Shown: positions 45,345-54,038 of the stretch, piece after piece
Layout of the letters: each line of letters begins with the position of its first letter
Position numbering within the stretch: the stretch's first letter is position 1
Assembly (NCBI GenBank): GCA_964463965.1
Contig: CAYXED010000004.1
Coordinates: 124,758 to 188,757, forward strand
Source: an uncultured Nitrospiraceae bacterium
GTDB taxonomy: Bacteria > Nitrospirota > Nitrospiria > Nitrospirales > UBA2166
Length of the DNA stretch: 64,000 bases
Direction: 5' to 3'
Translations under genes and position numbers: made by a program
The notes under the pieces: generated by a model
Seen by the model: the letters and a program-made list of their open reading frames with translations, nothing else
Database searches by the model: none
What the model was told of the DNA's origin: nothing

Positions 45345-47069
45345 CTAAGCGTGAAACTGTGTTTCGTAAAGAGTCCGGTAAACTTCATTGTGAGATAGAA
45401 GGGTGTCGTGGGAACCCTCGGCCATAATTTTCCCATCTTTTAGAACAAGAATTCTATCGGCATGCTGTAATGTTGACAAGCGGTGTGCGATGATAAAAGT
45501 TGTCCTGCCTTTTGTTAAAGTACCTAAAGCCGCCCGAATCTTTACTTCGGTTTCGGTGTCTATGCTGGAAGTGGCTTCATCAAAGATGATAATTGGAGGG
45601 TCTTTGAGTAAAACTCGCGCTATGGCGAGTCGTTGCTTTTGGCCAACTGAAAGCTTCACGCCGCGCTCTCCTACGAACGTCTCATATTGTGCCGAAAGAT
45701 GTGAAATAAATTCATGGGCATGTGCCGCCTTGGCAACCGATTGTATTTTTTCTAGGTCAGCGGAAAGATCACCATAGCCGATATTTTCACGTACCGTCCC
45801 ATTGAAGAGAAATGGTTCTTGTTGTACCATCCCAATCTGGGCTCTGATGTATGCTAATGGTAGTTCTCTGAGGTCATACCCGTCGAGAGAGATAGCTCCC
45901 TGTTGTACGTCGTAGAAACGCATTAGCAAACGGAAAAACGTGCTTTTTCCCACACCCGAATGACCGACAAGTGCAATGTGTTCCCCTGCTCTAACTTCAA
46001 AGTTAACATTTGTAATGACGGGGGCATCCTTCTGATAACTAAATGCTACATTGCGGGCAGATACGTCTCCTCGTAATCCTGATGGTGGTATCGTTGGCTG
46101 AAGAGGATCAGTGACTTCAGGTGTAGCGTCAAGAATTTCGATAACCCGATCTCCTGCGGCCAATGCACTCTGAAGCATATTATTTACGGCGTGAATTTGG
46201 TTAATTGGTATATAGAATAATGCGACGTAGGCAAGAAATGCGACAAGTTCGCCAACGGTTAAATCTCCTGCTTGTACCTGGGTTGTTCCATACCAGAGAA
46301 TGAGAACACTTCCTAGGCTTCCGACGAATATCATGCTGGGTGAGTATGTGGCCCAAAGACGCATTACTCGAAGCGTACTCTCATAGTAGGCCTTGCTTCG
46401 TGTATTGAAGCGGGCTTGTTCATGGGCGTGCCTATTGAATAACATTGTTTCTCGAATACCAGAGAGTGCATCTTGTAAATACGCATTTAACTCTGCAACG
46501 CTTTTTCGGATCTCATGATAAAAGCTGTGGATCGTTTGTGTGTATCGAATGGCCACAAACACGAGTATAGGGATCGGAAGCAATGCCAAAAATGCAAGTT
46601 TCCAGTTAAGAGTAAATAAGATGATTGATATGCCAATTAGAGTTAGTGTAGCCATTAAAACTGCTTCAAGGCCATCGATGAAAATGCGTTCGATATTTTC
46701 AACGTCATTGCTGACGCGACTCATTATCTCTCCAGTTTGTCTGTGTTCATAGTATGAAATTGAAAGATGTTGAAGGGATTCAAATATTTTTTCTCGCAGG
46801 GTATAGATTACTTTTTGCTCGAGAGTGTTGTTAAAGCGAATGCGCAAACTAGCCATTATGTTCCGGCTTGCATGGGCGGCAAGGAGCCCACCAATTAACC
46901 ATGGAAGTAAGGTGCTTTGTTGGCCAACTATGACATCATCAATGATGAGTTTTATAATCCAGGGGGGGGCTAGATCGAGCATGGTCACTCCCGCTGCGGT
47001 CAAGAAGGTGGCCGAGGAGAGCACCCAATATGGACGAATAAAGGTGAGAACTCGAAGCAGTGATTTCAG
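45345..47069 (-). CDS. ABC exporter, fused permease/ATPase
   Basis: GHSGVGKST, LSVGQKQRLAIAR, IFDEATS, IAHRLS; start probably CTG 47069 (ORF track GTG 47024). Confidence 0.92.
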   Translation of the reverse strand: MKSLLRVLTFIRPYWVLSSATFLTAAGVTMLDLAPPWIIKLIIDDVIVGQQSTLLPWLIGGLLAAHASRNIMASLRIRFNNTLEQKVIYTLREKIFESLQHLSISYYEHRQTGEIMSRVSNDVENIERIFIDGLEAVLMATLTLIGISIILFTLNWKLAFLALLPIPILVFVAIRYTQTIHSFYHEIRKSVAELNAYLQDALSGIRETMLFNRHAHEQARFNTRSKAYYESTLRVMRLWATYSPSMIFVGSLGSVLILWYGTTQVQAGDLTVGELVAFLAYVALFYIPINQIHAVNNMLQSALAAGDRVIEILDATPEVTDPLQPTIPPSGLRGDVSARNVAFSYQKDAPVITNVNFEVRAGEHIALVGHSGVGKSTFFRLLMRFYDVQQGAISLDGYDLRELPLAYIRAQIGMVQQEPFLFNGTVRENIGYGDLSADLEKIQSVAKAAHAHEFISHLSAQYETFVGERGVKLSVGQKQRLAIARVLLKDPPIIIFDEATSSIDTETEVKIRAALGTLTKGRTTFIIAHRLSTLQHADRILVLKDGKIMAEGSHDTLLSHNEVYRTLYETQFHA

Positions 47070-47989
47070 TGATGAATCTCCCGACTTTGCTCTTCAGCGT
47101 GATATGAGCTTCTAACAAGTGGTCCTGATTCGACGTGACTAAACCCCATGTTCTCCCCTTCGCATCGGAGCATGTCAAATTCCTTAGGGTGATAAAACCG
47201 TGAAACTGATCGATGGAGTTTAGTTGGTTGCAGGTATTGTCCTATGGTAAGAATCTGGCAGTTAACGGATCGTAGGTCTTTCATGACCGAGATGACTTCT
47301 GTTAGTGATTCCCCCATTCCAACAATTAAACCGGACTTTGTCACAAATCCTGCTTGACTTGCGTAAAGCAAAACACGAAGTGATCGCTGGTAGTTTCCCT
47401 GGGGTCTAACTGAGTAGAACAAGCGTGGTACGGTTTCAATGTTGTGATTTACAATATCAGGGTTGCTGCGGAGTATAATGCCAAGATCTGCCGTATTGCC
47501 CTTTAAGTCTGGGATCAAAACTTCAATGCGACAATCAATGTTTAGTTTGCGAATATTCTCTATTGTAGATGCGAACGCGGCGCTTCCACCGTCAGAGAGA
47601 TCATCTCGGTTTGGAGAAGTAATCACTGCATGCCGGAGCCCTAACTGTTCCACAGCCTTGGCCACTCTCAAGGGTTCTTCTAGGTCAACTGAGTTCGGAC
47701 GCCCTGTTGTGACAGAACAGTATTCACACCGTCTGGTACAAACATCTCCAAGAATCATAAGTGTAGCAGTTTTGTTGTTCCAGCATTCCCAAATATTTGG
47801 GCATCGTGCTTCCTCACAGATGGTATGGAGTGAAAGCTTATTGGTGAGGGCCTTCATCTGGACATAATTGTGCCCTGTTTTGATGTTGACTTTAAACCAT
47901 GATGGCAAAGAAGAAACTGTAGGATTTAGTTTTTGAGTAGAGGGGGAGATTGAGCTTTTCTGGTCTGAGGGCTCAATTTTCCGGTGCAT
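47066..47989 (-). CDS. lipA: Lipoyl synthase
   Basis: CEEARCPNIWEC, CTRRCEYC, NHNIETV, GQYLQP, RSSYHA. Confidence 0.97.
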   Translation of the reverse strand: MHRKIEPSDQKSSISPSTQKLNPTVSSLPSWFKVNIKTGHNYVQMKALTNKLSLHTICEEARCPNIWECWNNKTATLMILGDVCTRRCEYCSVTTGRPNSVDLEEPLRVAKAVEQLGLRHAVITSPNRDDLSDGGSAAFASTIENIRKLNIDCRIEVLIPDLKGNTADLGIILRSNPDIVNHNIETVPRLFYSVRPQGNYQRSLRVLLYASQAGFVTKSGLIVGMGESLTEVISVMKDLRSVNCQILTIGQYLQPTKLHRSVSRFYHPKEFDMLRCEGENMGFSHVESGPLVRSSYHAEEQSREIHH

Positions 47990-48082
47990 GCTCTAAGCCG
48001 CTTCTCTATGATGCGAAAATTTTTTCGTTTTGGCTGTGAGGAATGGGAAAGCCTCGGAAGTCTCACGCTTTAGGAGGAAGAC

Positions 48083-48108
48083 AAAAAAACCCACAGATTT
48101 CAGCGTGG
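48083..48108 (-). terminator. Probable terminator after the ferredoxin gene
   Basis: Minus strand CCACG...TGTGG followed by GTTTTTTT. Confidence 0.5.
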
Positions 48109-48136
48109 AAAAATCAGGCCAACTATGGGAGTGAGT

Positions 48137-48484
48137 TTAACCTCGAACCTCACTCCAGCATAGACTTTCGTCAATTTCCTTGTCAGGGTTGAGATCTCGT
48201 GCTTTTTGAAGCAGAACTTCTTTTGTTTCTGGCACCTGAGGGTCTGATATGCAACAGTCATCCACTGGACACACAGCAGCACACTGAGGTTCATCGAAAT
48301 GGCCTACGCATTCGGTGCAACGATCATACGTAATGACGTAAATCGTATCTCCCTCACCGTCACCTTCTGACACCTTGTAGCCTTTGGCCTCAGCGTCACT
48401 GCGAACTTCAAATATTGCTTCGTTTGGGCACTCTGGAAGGCAGGCCCCACAGTTAATGCATTCCTCGGTGATTTTTACCGACAT
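48137..48484 (-). CDS. YfhL-like 2[4Fe-4S] ferredoxin
   Basis: CINCGACLPECP and CTECVGHFDEPQCAAVCP; RBS AAGGAGG before ATG 48484. Confidence 0.92.
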   Translation of the reverse strand: MSVKITEECINCGACLPECPNEAIFEVRSDAEAKGYKVSEGDGEGDTIYVITYDRCTECVGHFDEPQCAAVCPVDDCCISDPQVPETKEVLLQKARDLNPDKEIDESLCWSEVRG

Positions 48485-48625
48485 GAAGATCCTCCTTATT
48501 TCGGTCCTATAACGTTCCAGTCGTATCACCATACGACGTGACTGCATGATATCAGTTTTAGGTTAATTATTCCTACACAATAGAGCCAAAAAACCGGCGG
48601 GAATAAGGGCATTATCCTGGTTAAT

Positions 48626-48697
48626 TTGACCCAGTGGGTGATGGTCAAGTTGACCACACTCATAATGTTGACATTTTTTTCTACTTTTAGTTATGCT
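48626..48697. promoter_or_regulatory. Palindrome and promoter upstream of the rrf2 operon
   Basis: TTGACC-N11-GGTCAA (48626-48648), third half-site TTGACC 48650; TTGACA-N18-TATGCT 48668-48697. Confidence 0.45.
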
Positions 48698-48729
48698 CCA
48701 CGTCCTTATCCACGGGGGTGATATAACGT

Positions 48730-49227
48730 ATGAAAATTAGTCGTCTTGAGGAATATGGGCTTAGGTGTATTTTGCAACTTGCTCAAAATGCTGGAACATC
48801 AATACATATCGAGCAAATCGCAAGTCGTGAAGGGTTGTCTAAAGCCTACGTAGCAAAGATTATGTCGCCTCTTCGGCGTGCTGGGCTTGTACGGAGCGTT
48901 AGGGGTGTTCGTGGGGGATACGAGTTAACGCGTTCGCCAGAGTCTATTACCCTGACTGAGGCGCTGTTTGCTCTTAAGGCGATTGAGGTAGATGAAGGTT
49001 TTTGTCTCATGCATCGAGGAAATTGTCTGCGGTGTGTTCATACCCCAGATTGTGGTATCCGTGCGATGTGGTTACTTGTTACTGAACAGGCATATCACTC
49101 ATTGTCTCACATAACACTTGCACAATTGCTTGGGAAAGAAGCCGTAGTTGAGAAGCGTATCCGAAAACATTTTTTATCAAGCCGAGGTGTATCTTCTACA
49201 GTGACTACTTTCCAAAACTTGGGCTAG
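48730..49227 (+). CDS. Rrf2-family (IscR-like) transcriptional regulator
   Basis: EYGLRCIL, LRRAGLVRSVRGVRGGY, Cys-rich segment CLMHRGNCLRCVHTPDC. Confidence 0.9.
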   Translation: MKISRLEEYGLRCILQLAQNAGTSIHIEQIASREGLSKAYVAKIMSPLRRAGLVRSVRGVRGGYELTRSPESITLTEALFALKAIEVDEGFCLMHRGNCLRCVHTPDCGIRAMWLLVTEQAYHSLSHITLAQLLGKEAVVEKRIRKHFLSSRGVSSTVTTFQNLG

Positions 49228-49281
49228 TGTTTTTCAAGGTTTGGATGCTCACATGCATCATAGATAAAAGGGGGACTGAGA

Positions 49282-49824
49282 ATGGGAAAAATTATTTCAA
49301 TTGAACCGACACCTAATCCCGATGCGAAAAAGTTCATGCTAGACAGCCCAGTGTCTACTGGTACTACACGATCATTTGAGAAAACGAGTGGTGCAGACAA
49401 TGATCCTTTAGCCAAGGCTCTTTTTTCAATTGACCACGTTGAGTCTGTTTTTTATGTACAGGAATTTGTCACTGTGAGTAAGGCTGCAGCAGTTTCATGG
49501 CACGATGTTGAAAAGCAAATTATAGTGGCCATTGAAGCTAATGTTGATGCCGTTGACGTCAATGCTGAGTCTTCTGCGCAGGAAACTTCGGCAGGGAACC
49601 CATTGCTCGAAAAGATTAATCGTGTTCTTGATGAGAAAGTTCGGCCAGCGCTGGCTGGTGATGGTGGAGGCCTGAACGTTCTTGGTCTTGATGGATTAAC
49701 TCTAAAAATTCATTACCAAGGTGCGTGCGGGAGTTGTCCTAGTTCAACGACCGGGACGATGATGGCTATTCAAAATTTGCTAAAGAAAGAAGTTGATCCT
49801 GGAATTCAGGTTGTTTCCGCTTAG
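49282..49824 (+). CDS. Nfu-type Fe-S carrier (Nfu_N + NifU C domain)
   Basis: EPTPNPDAKKF; VRPALAGDGG, YQGACGSCPSS. Confidence 0.9.
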   Translation: MGKIISIEPTPNPDAKKFMLDSPVSTGTTRSFEKTSGADNDPLAKALFSIDHVESVFYVQEFVTVSKAAAVSWHDVEKQIIVAIEANVDAVDVNAESSAQETSAGNPLLEKINRVLDEKVRPALAGDGGGLNVLGLDGLTLKIHYQGACGSCPSSTTGTMMAIQNLLKKEVDPGIQVVSA

Positions 49825-49955
49825 GATAAGCTTGAATGCTGTGTTGTGGTATTTAATTCTCCACATACTTTGAGGATGTCCCTAACGAGATCAATCTCAT
49901 GGTCTTTCCGGGATGGTCTTAGGTATGGATCATTGTATTGACAAGGGAGGTTTAC

Positions 49956-51071
49956 ATGGCGGGTAGTACGCGTGCCGCACGTGAAGAAGATGTTTTAAAT
50001 GTGCTTCGAACGGTTCAGGACCCAGACTTACATAAGGATATTGTTAGTCTCGGTTTTATCAAAAATTTATCTATTGATGGTTCAAAAGTTAGTTTTGATG
50101 TTGAATTGACTACTCCTGCATGTCCTGTTAAGGAGCAGCTTAAACAGGAGTGCTATGAGAAAGTGCTTGCTTTAGAAGGCGTATTAGAGGTTACGGTCAC
50201 AATGACCGCGAATGTTAGATCTCGGGCAGTTGAAAGCTCGATTTCAATTCCAGGAGTTAAAAATGTTTTAGCTGTTGCAAGTGGCAAAGGAGGGGTTGGA
50301 AAATCGACTGCGAGTACGAACATTGCGCTAGCATTAAAAAATACTGGTGCTAAGGTTGGTTTGTTGGATGCAGATATTTATGGTCCAAGTATTCCAACTA
50401 TGCTAGGCATTGAAGGGCCACCTCAGAAAACAGCAGAAAATAAACTGGTCCCAAAAGAAAAGTTTGGGCTGCGAGTTATGTCTATGGGGTTTTTGGTGTC
50501 AGACGATGCACCTGTTGTGTGGAGAGGACCAATGGTACATGGCATACTGCAGCAGTTTCTTGGGCAGGTGTTATGGGATGAGTTGGATTACTTGATTGTT
50601 GATATGCCCCCTGGTACTGGAGATGCACAGTTAACTCTCACTCAATCCGCACCTCTTGCAGGCGCAGTTATCATCACAACGCCGCAAGATGTCAGTCTTA
50701 TTGATGCAAGGCGTGGGTTGCGTATGTTCGAGAAAGTCAATGTACCGGTCCTTGGGTTAATTGAAAACATGAGTTTCTTTGTTTGTCATAAGTGTGATGA
50801 ACGGCATAATATTTTTCGTCATGGTGGAGGAAAAATGGTTAGTGAGGAACTTGGGATTCCATTTCTTGGCGAGATTCCTATTGAACCAGATATCGTGCTT
50901 GGTGGTGACTCTGGTGTTCCGATTGTGGCAAAAAACCCTGAATCTGTTGCAGCAAATGCTTATAGGGAGGTTGCCGAAAATATGGCTGCAGGTCTCAGTA
51001 CGGCTGCAATGCAACTGATTGATCCTGTAGATCTTAAATTGCAGTGGAAAACCGGCAAGCAGTCGTCATGA
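49956..51071 (+). CDS. apbC: Mrp/NBP35 (ApbC) Fe-S carrier ATPase with N-terminal DUF59 domain
   Basis: DPDLHKDIV...LTTPACP; ASGKGGVGKS, VWRGP, DMPPGTGD, ENMS..CHKC. Confidence 0.92.
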   Translation: MAGSTRAAREEDVLNVLRTVQDPDLHKDIVSLGFIKNLSIDGSKVSFDVELTTPACPVKEQLKQECYEKVLALEGVLEVTVTMTANVRSRAVESSISIPGVKNVLAVASGKGGVGKSTASTNIALALKNTGAKVGLLDADIYGPSIPTMLGIEGPPQKTAENKLVPKEKFGLRVMSMGFLVSDDAPVVWRGPMVHGILQQFLGQVLWDELDYLIVDMPPGTGDAQLTLTQSAPLAGAVIITTPQDVSLIDARRGLRMFEKVNVPVLGLIENMSFFVCHKCDERHNIFRHGGGKMVSEELGIPFLGEIPIEPDIVLGGDSGVPIVAKNPESVAANAYREVAENMAAGLSTAAMQLIDPVDLKLQWKTGKQSS

Positions 51072-51081
51072 AACGATACCA

Positions 51082-51411
51082 ATGAATACCACACCGCGTC
51101 CTACAAGTATTGCACAGGTCAGTGAGAATGTACTGGGTATCACTTGGAGTGATGGACATGAAGGGCGCCATCTTGTTAAGGCATTAAGGGAGGCGTGTGA
51201 ATGTGCGGCATGCGTTGATGAATGGTCTGGGGAAAAGCGCATAGAGCCTGGCACTATTCCAGAAGATGTGCATCCTATTGAGATAAATCCTGTTGGCCTC
51301 TACGGCATTCGCATTGATTGGAGTGATGGGCACAATAGCGGAATTTACACATTCACGCATATCCGATCAATTTGTGGTTGTGCTATTTGTTCTGAATCTA
51401 GCGAAGGGTGA
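51082..51411 (+). CDS. DUF971 (GBBH-like N-terminal) protein
   Basis: WSDGH, LREACECAAC, GLYGIRIDWSDGH..GIYT. Confidence 0.88.
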   Translation: MNTTPRPTSIAQVSENVLGITWSDGHEGRHLVKALREACECAACVDEWSGEKRIEPGTIPEDVHPIEINPVGLYGIRIDWSDGHNSGIYTFTHIRSICGCAICSESSEG

Positions 51412-51414
51412 CCT

Positions 51415-51840
51415 ATGTCCTCAGAAGCAAAATGGGAAGCAAATAAGAAAAAAGTTGCCTTTATGCGGAGGTTTCCTGGCCTTATTACTCGATGGGATCA
51501 GATCGATCAAAAAACCGTAGAAAAAGTGCTATCAGTGCCTTACAAAGATGGTATGGCGGCCTTGATTTTTTCTGATGGAAGGTTTGCGGTTGTTTCTCCC
51601 GTTGACCCCGAACCTTTAGAAATTGCAGCAGGTTTAACTGTTATTCGACCATTTCTTGAATCGAAATACTTAGAAGCATACAAAGAGTACGACCAACTTG
51701 TTATAAATGACCAGAAAGCACTTCGAATGGCAAGGCTCGAAAAAATTATTGGGGCTGTGCAAAACAATTTAAATGATATTCCGGAACTCAAGGATCGATT
51801 GCGAGAGTTAGTCGCAGGGTGGAGTAGTGCTAAGAGGTAA
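51415..51840 (+). CDS. Hypothetical protein, last gene of the Fe-S operon
   Basis: 141-aa ORF 3 nt after DUF971; no family recognised. Confidence 0.75.
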   Translation: MSSEAKWEANKKKVAFMRRFPGLITRWDQIDQKTVEKVLSVPYKDGMAALIFSDGRFAVVSPVDPEPLEIAAGLTVIRPFLESKYLEAYKEYDQLVINDQKALRMARLEKIIGAVQNNLNDIPELKDRLRELVAGWSSAKR

Positions 51841-52025
51841 GCTATATTCAACAGCCGTTACCTCTATGAGGGTTTTCGGAATAAGGTAAACCGTTGATAT
51901 ATTGTGAGAATTAACTCACTTCCTTCGAAAATGAAGGTGAGAGTTGTTCTAAAGACTTCCCTGCTGAAACTCGATACTTAACTTATAATCTCACAATACT
52001 CTGCAGTGTATGGGATGTTTAGCGC

Positions 52026-52053
52026 TTGACATGCGGTTTGGGCCCCCTATAAT
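52026..52053 (+). promoter_or_regulatory. Sigma70 promoter
   Basis: TTGACA-N16-TATAAT, both hexamers perfect. Confidence 0.7.
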
Positions 52054-52125
52054 GGGCTCTCGTGGGATTTACGGAGATCTGAGCTGTGATATCAGTTCGG
52101 CTCTCACGTCGCAGGGGGGGCAGTT

Positions 52126-52365
52126 ATGGCGACAAGGGCGTATGTCCTTCTAAAGGTTAAGACAGGGAAAACGAAAGATGTTGTTAAGTCACTCAGTTCT
52201 GTATCCAGTGTTAAACAGGTTCATCCATGTTTTGGGCAGCCGGATGTGTTTTGTTTTGTAGAGGTACAGGATGAGAAAACTCTTTCAGACCTTGTCATAC
52301 GTACGATTCATACGATCGACGGAGTCGATGAAACTGATACTCACATTGTAGCGGATACCTTGTAA
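52126..52365 (+). CDS. Stand-alone Lrp/AsnC ligand-binding domain protein
   Basis: AYVLLKV...G..D...V...I..I.GV..T.T pattern, no HTH. Confidence 0.85.
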   Translation: MATRAYVLLKVKTGKTKDVVKSLSSVSSVKQVHPCFGQPDVFCFVEVQDEKTLSDLVIRTIHTIDGVDETDTHIVADTL

Positions 52366-52381
52366 GGCTGAAATTAATTAA

Positions 52382-52474
52382 ATGTCCAGTGTTGTTAAGA
52401 AACGCCGCAAAAAAATGCGGAAACATAAAGATCGGAAGTTGAGAAAGCGTATGAAGTTTCAGCGGAGGAAGTAA
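52382..52474 (+). CDS. Small basic ribosomal protein bS22 / AURKAIP1-COX24 family
   Basis: Not in ORF track. MSSVVKKRRKKMRKHKDRKLRKRMKFQRRK*, matching M.SV.KKRRK.M.K.K family pattern. Confidence 0.88.
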   Translation: MSSVVKKRRKKMRKHKDRKLRKRMKFQRRK

Positions 52475-52574
52475 GCTCTCCGTTCCTCAGTAGTTTCACA
52501 AGTATTGTTTCCCCTATCTTAGTTGTAAAGACCAGAGGCCGGGAGGCTCTCTCCGTCGCGTGGTGTTTTGCCTG

Positions 52575-53918
52575 TTATCGAATCGAGTACTTATCTTGAT
52601 AAATAGAGGGCGGAGGTGCATGGCTTTTGATGTTGGTAGATCCGAGTCCATGTCGTCTTATGATTGCAAATACGTCGACACTACCATCCTCGTCTAGATC
52701 TGTTCCAATGACATCCTCTATGCCATCGTTGTTATGGTCGAAGTAGTGAGTCTCGTAACTACCATCCCCTTCAGCGTCGAAGGCGTGTTTTTCATAACGC
52801 CCGTTTTTGTCTATGTCACGGGCTATAAAGTCTGGGATGCCGTTTTGATTGCTATCGACGATCCAGGCATCCACGTAATTATTCTGATCTGAATCTATCC
52901 CAATACGGTCGATTACTCCATCATTATCCGTGTCGAACTGTTTCAGGATATTACTTTTTCGCCAGTTGGTTAAGGTATTCTCCGCCCACTCATCAATGTG
53001 TGTGATTTGGCTTGCGGCAACAGGTGGTAGTGTATTGAGAAATGTATTGATGGCACTTATTGGTGTGGCGTATGTTTGTGAGGACTCACTATCATAGAAT
53101 GTCTTCATTCCTATCACTGCCCCGTATTTATTTAGAAGAGGGCCACCGTAAATTCCCAATAAGGAATCAGCTTTGACTGCGATTGGTTTCACGTTCAGGG
53201 GTGTTCGTTTAACCTTCTTGGCGTACTCTGGCGACCAGGCAATATTTGCTTGCGTTTCTATAACTGTTGCATTGGTATAGACAAAAGATTTTGGCGTAGC
53301 CAACCCTATACTAAACACTTGGTCCCCTTGAGCAATCTTTTCCAGGTTTCCAAACATGACTGGTTGTATCCCTCTAGGTGGGTGTCGGAGTTGAAGTGCT
53401 GCGAGTGCAACCCCTGGATTAATTTTTACTACATCTGCGCTAATTGCTAGGTTTTTCCCAAGGTCAGCAACGCTTTTTGGTCGAAACACAGCTGCGATGG
53501 ATGTTGCCTCTTTGATCACCGCTGAGTCTGTCAGTATTAGGCCATCTTTGTTGATGATCAGGCCTACTCCTACTTTATCATTGGTAATGATATAAACCAC
53601 GGAATTGGCTGATTGTGCAAATGCTTTTGAACCAGGGACAGAGGCATATGGTTCGTTAATTAGGTCTCGCCAGAATGTTTTAACTGCCAGCTCCACTCTA
53701 CTTGCGAAGATGGAATTGGGATCGGTTAGAGCAAGAAATGATCGCATTGTTTTTGCGGACTTTGCCCAAAGCGAAGGGACTGGAGATTTAGGCATGAAGG
53801 AAGATGATTGTGCAAATGCTGGGATTGACGGTAATGACAGTAGACAGACACAAGAAATGATATAAAAAAACATTGAGATAGTCTTCGGTTTTTTCTTGTA
53901 TCTATGAGGTAAACGCAT
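52575..53918 (-). CDS. Secreted trypsin-fold pseudo-protease with acidic DxDxDG repeat tail
   Basis: Signal peptide; GVG.II..DG.ILT, G..V.SIG, GGPLLN.YG.VIG context with triad residues replaced; seven Ca-loop-like repeats. Confidence 0.75.
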   Translation of the reverse strand: MRLPHRYKKKPKTISMFFYIISCVCLLSLPSIPAFAQSSSFMPKSPVPSLWAKSAKTMRSFLALTDPNSIFASRVELAVKTFWRDLINEPYASVPGSKAFAQSANSVVYIITNDKVGVGLIINKDGLILTDSAVIKEATSIAAVFRPKSVADLGKNLAISADVVKINPGVALAALQLRHPPRGIQPVMFGNLEKIAQGDQVFSIGLATPKSFVYTNATVIETQANIAWSPEYAKKVKRTPLNVKPIAVKADSLLGIYGGPLLNKYGAVIGMKTFYDSESSQTYATPISAINTFLNTLPPVAASQITHIDEWAENTLTNWRKSNILKQFDTDNDGVIDRIGIDSDQNNYVDAWIVDSNQNGIPDFIARDIDKNGRYEKHAFDAEGDGSYETHYFDHNNDGIEDVIGTDLDEDGSVDVFAIIRRHGLGSTNIKSHAPPPSIYQDKYSIR

Positions 53919-54038
53919 AGTTTGACGATAACAACTCCTTCCCAGGGGTGTCAATTGAAATAGATTTTTGGAGTGACTTGAGGACTTCGAAAATTTGCAG
54001 AGATGTGTGCAAGGTTTTGGGTTGCTACCTCTTGCTTG

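Noticed and set aside
51900-51998. ATTGTGAG / CTCACAAT as lac-operator half-sites
   Set aside because: Half-sites are about 80 bp apart rather than adjacent; no LacI-family gene nearby.
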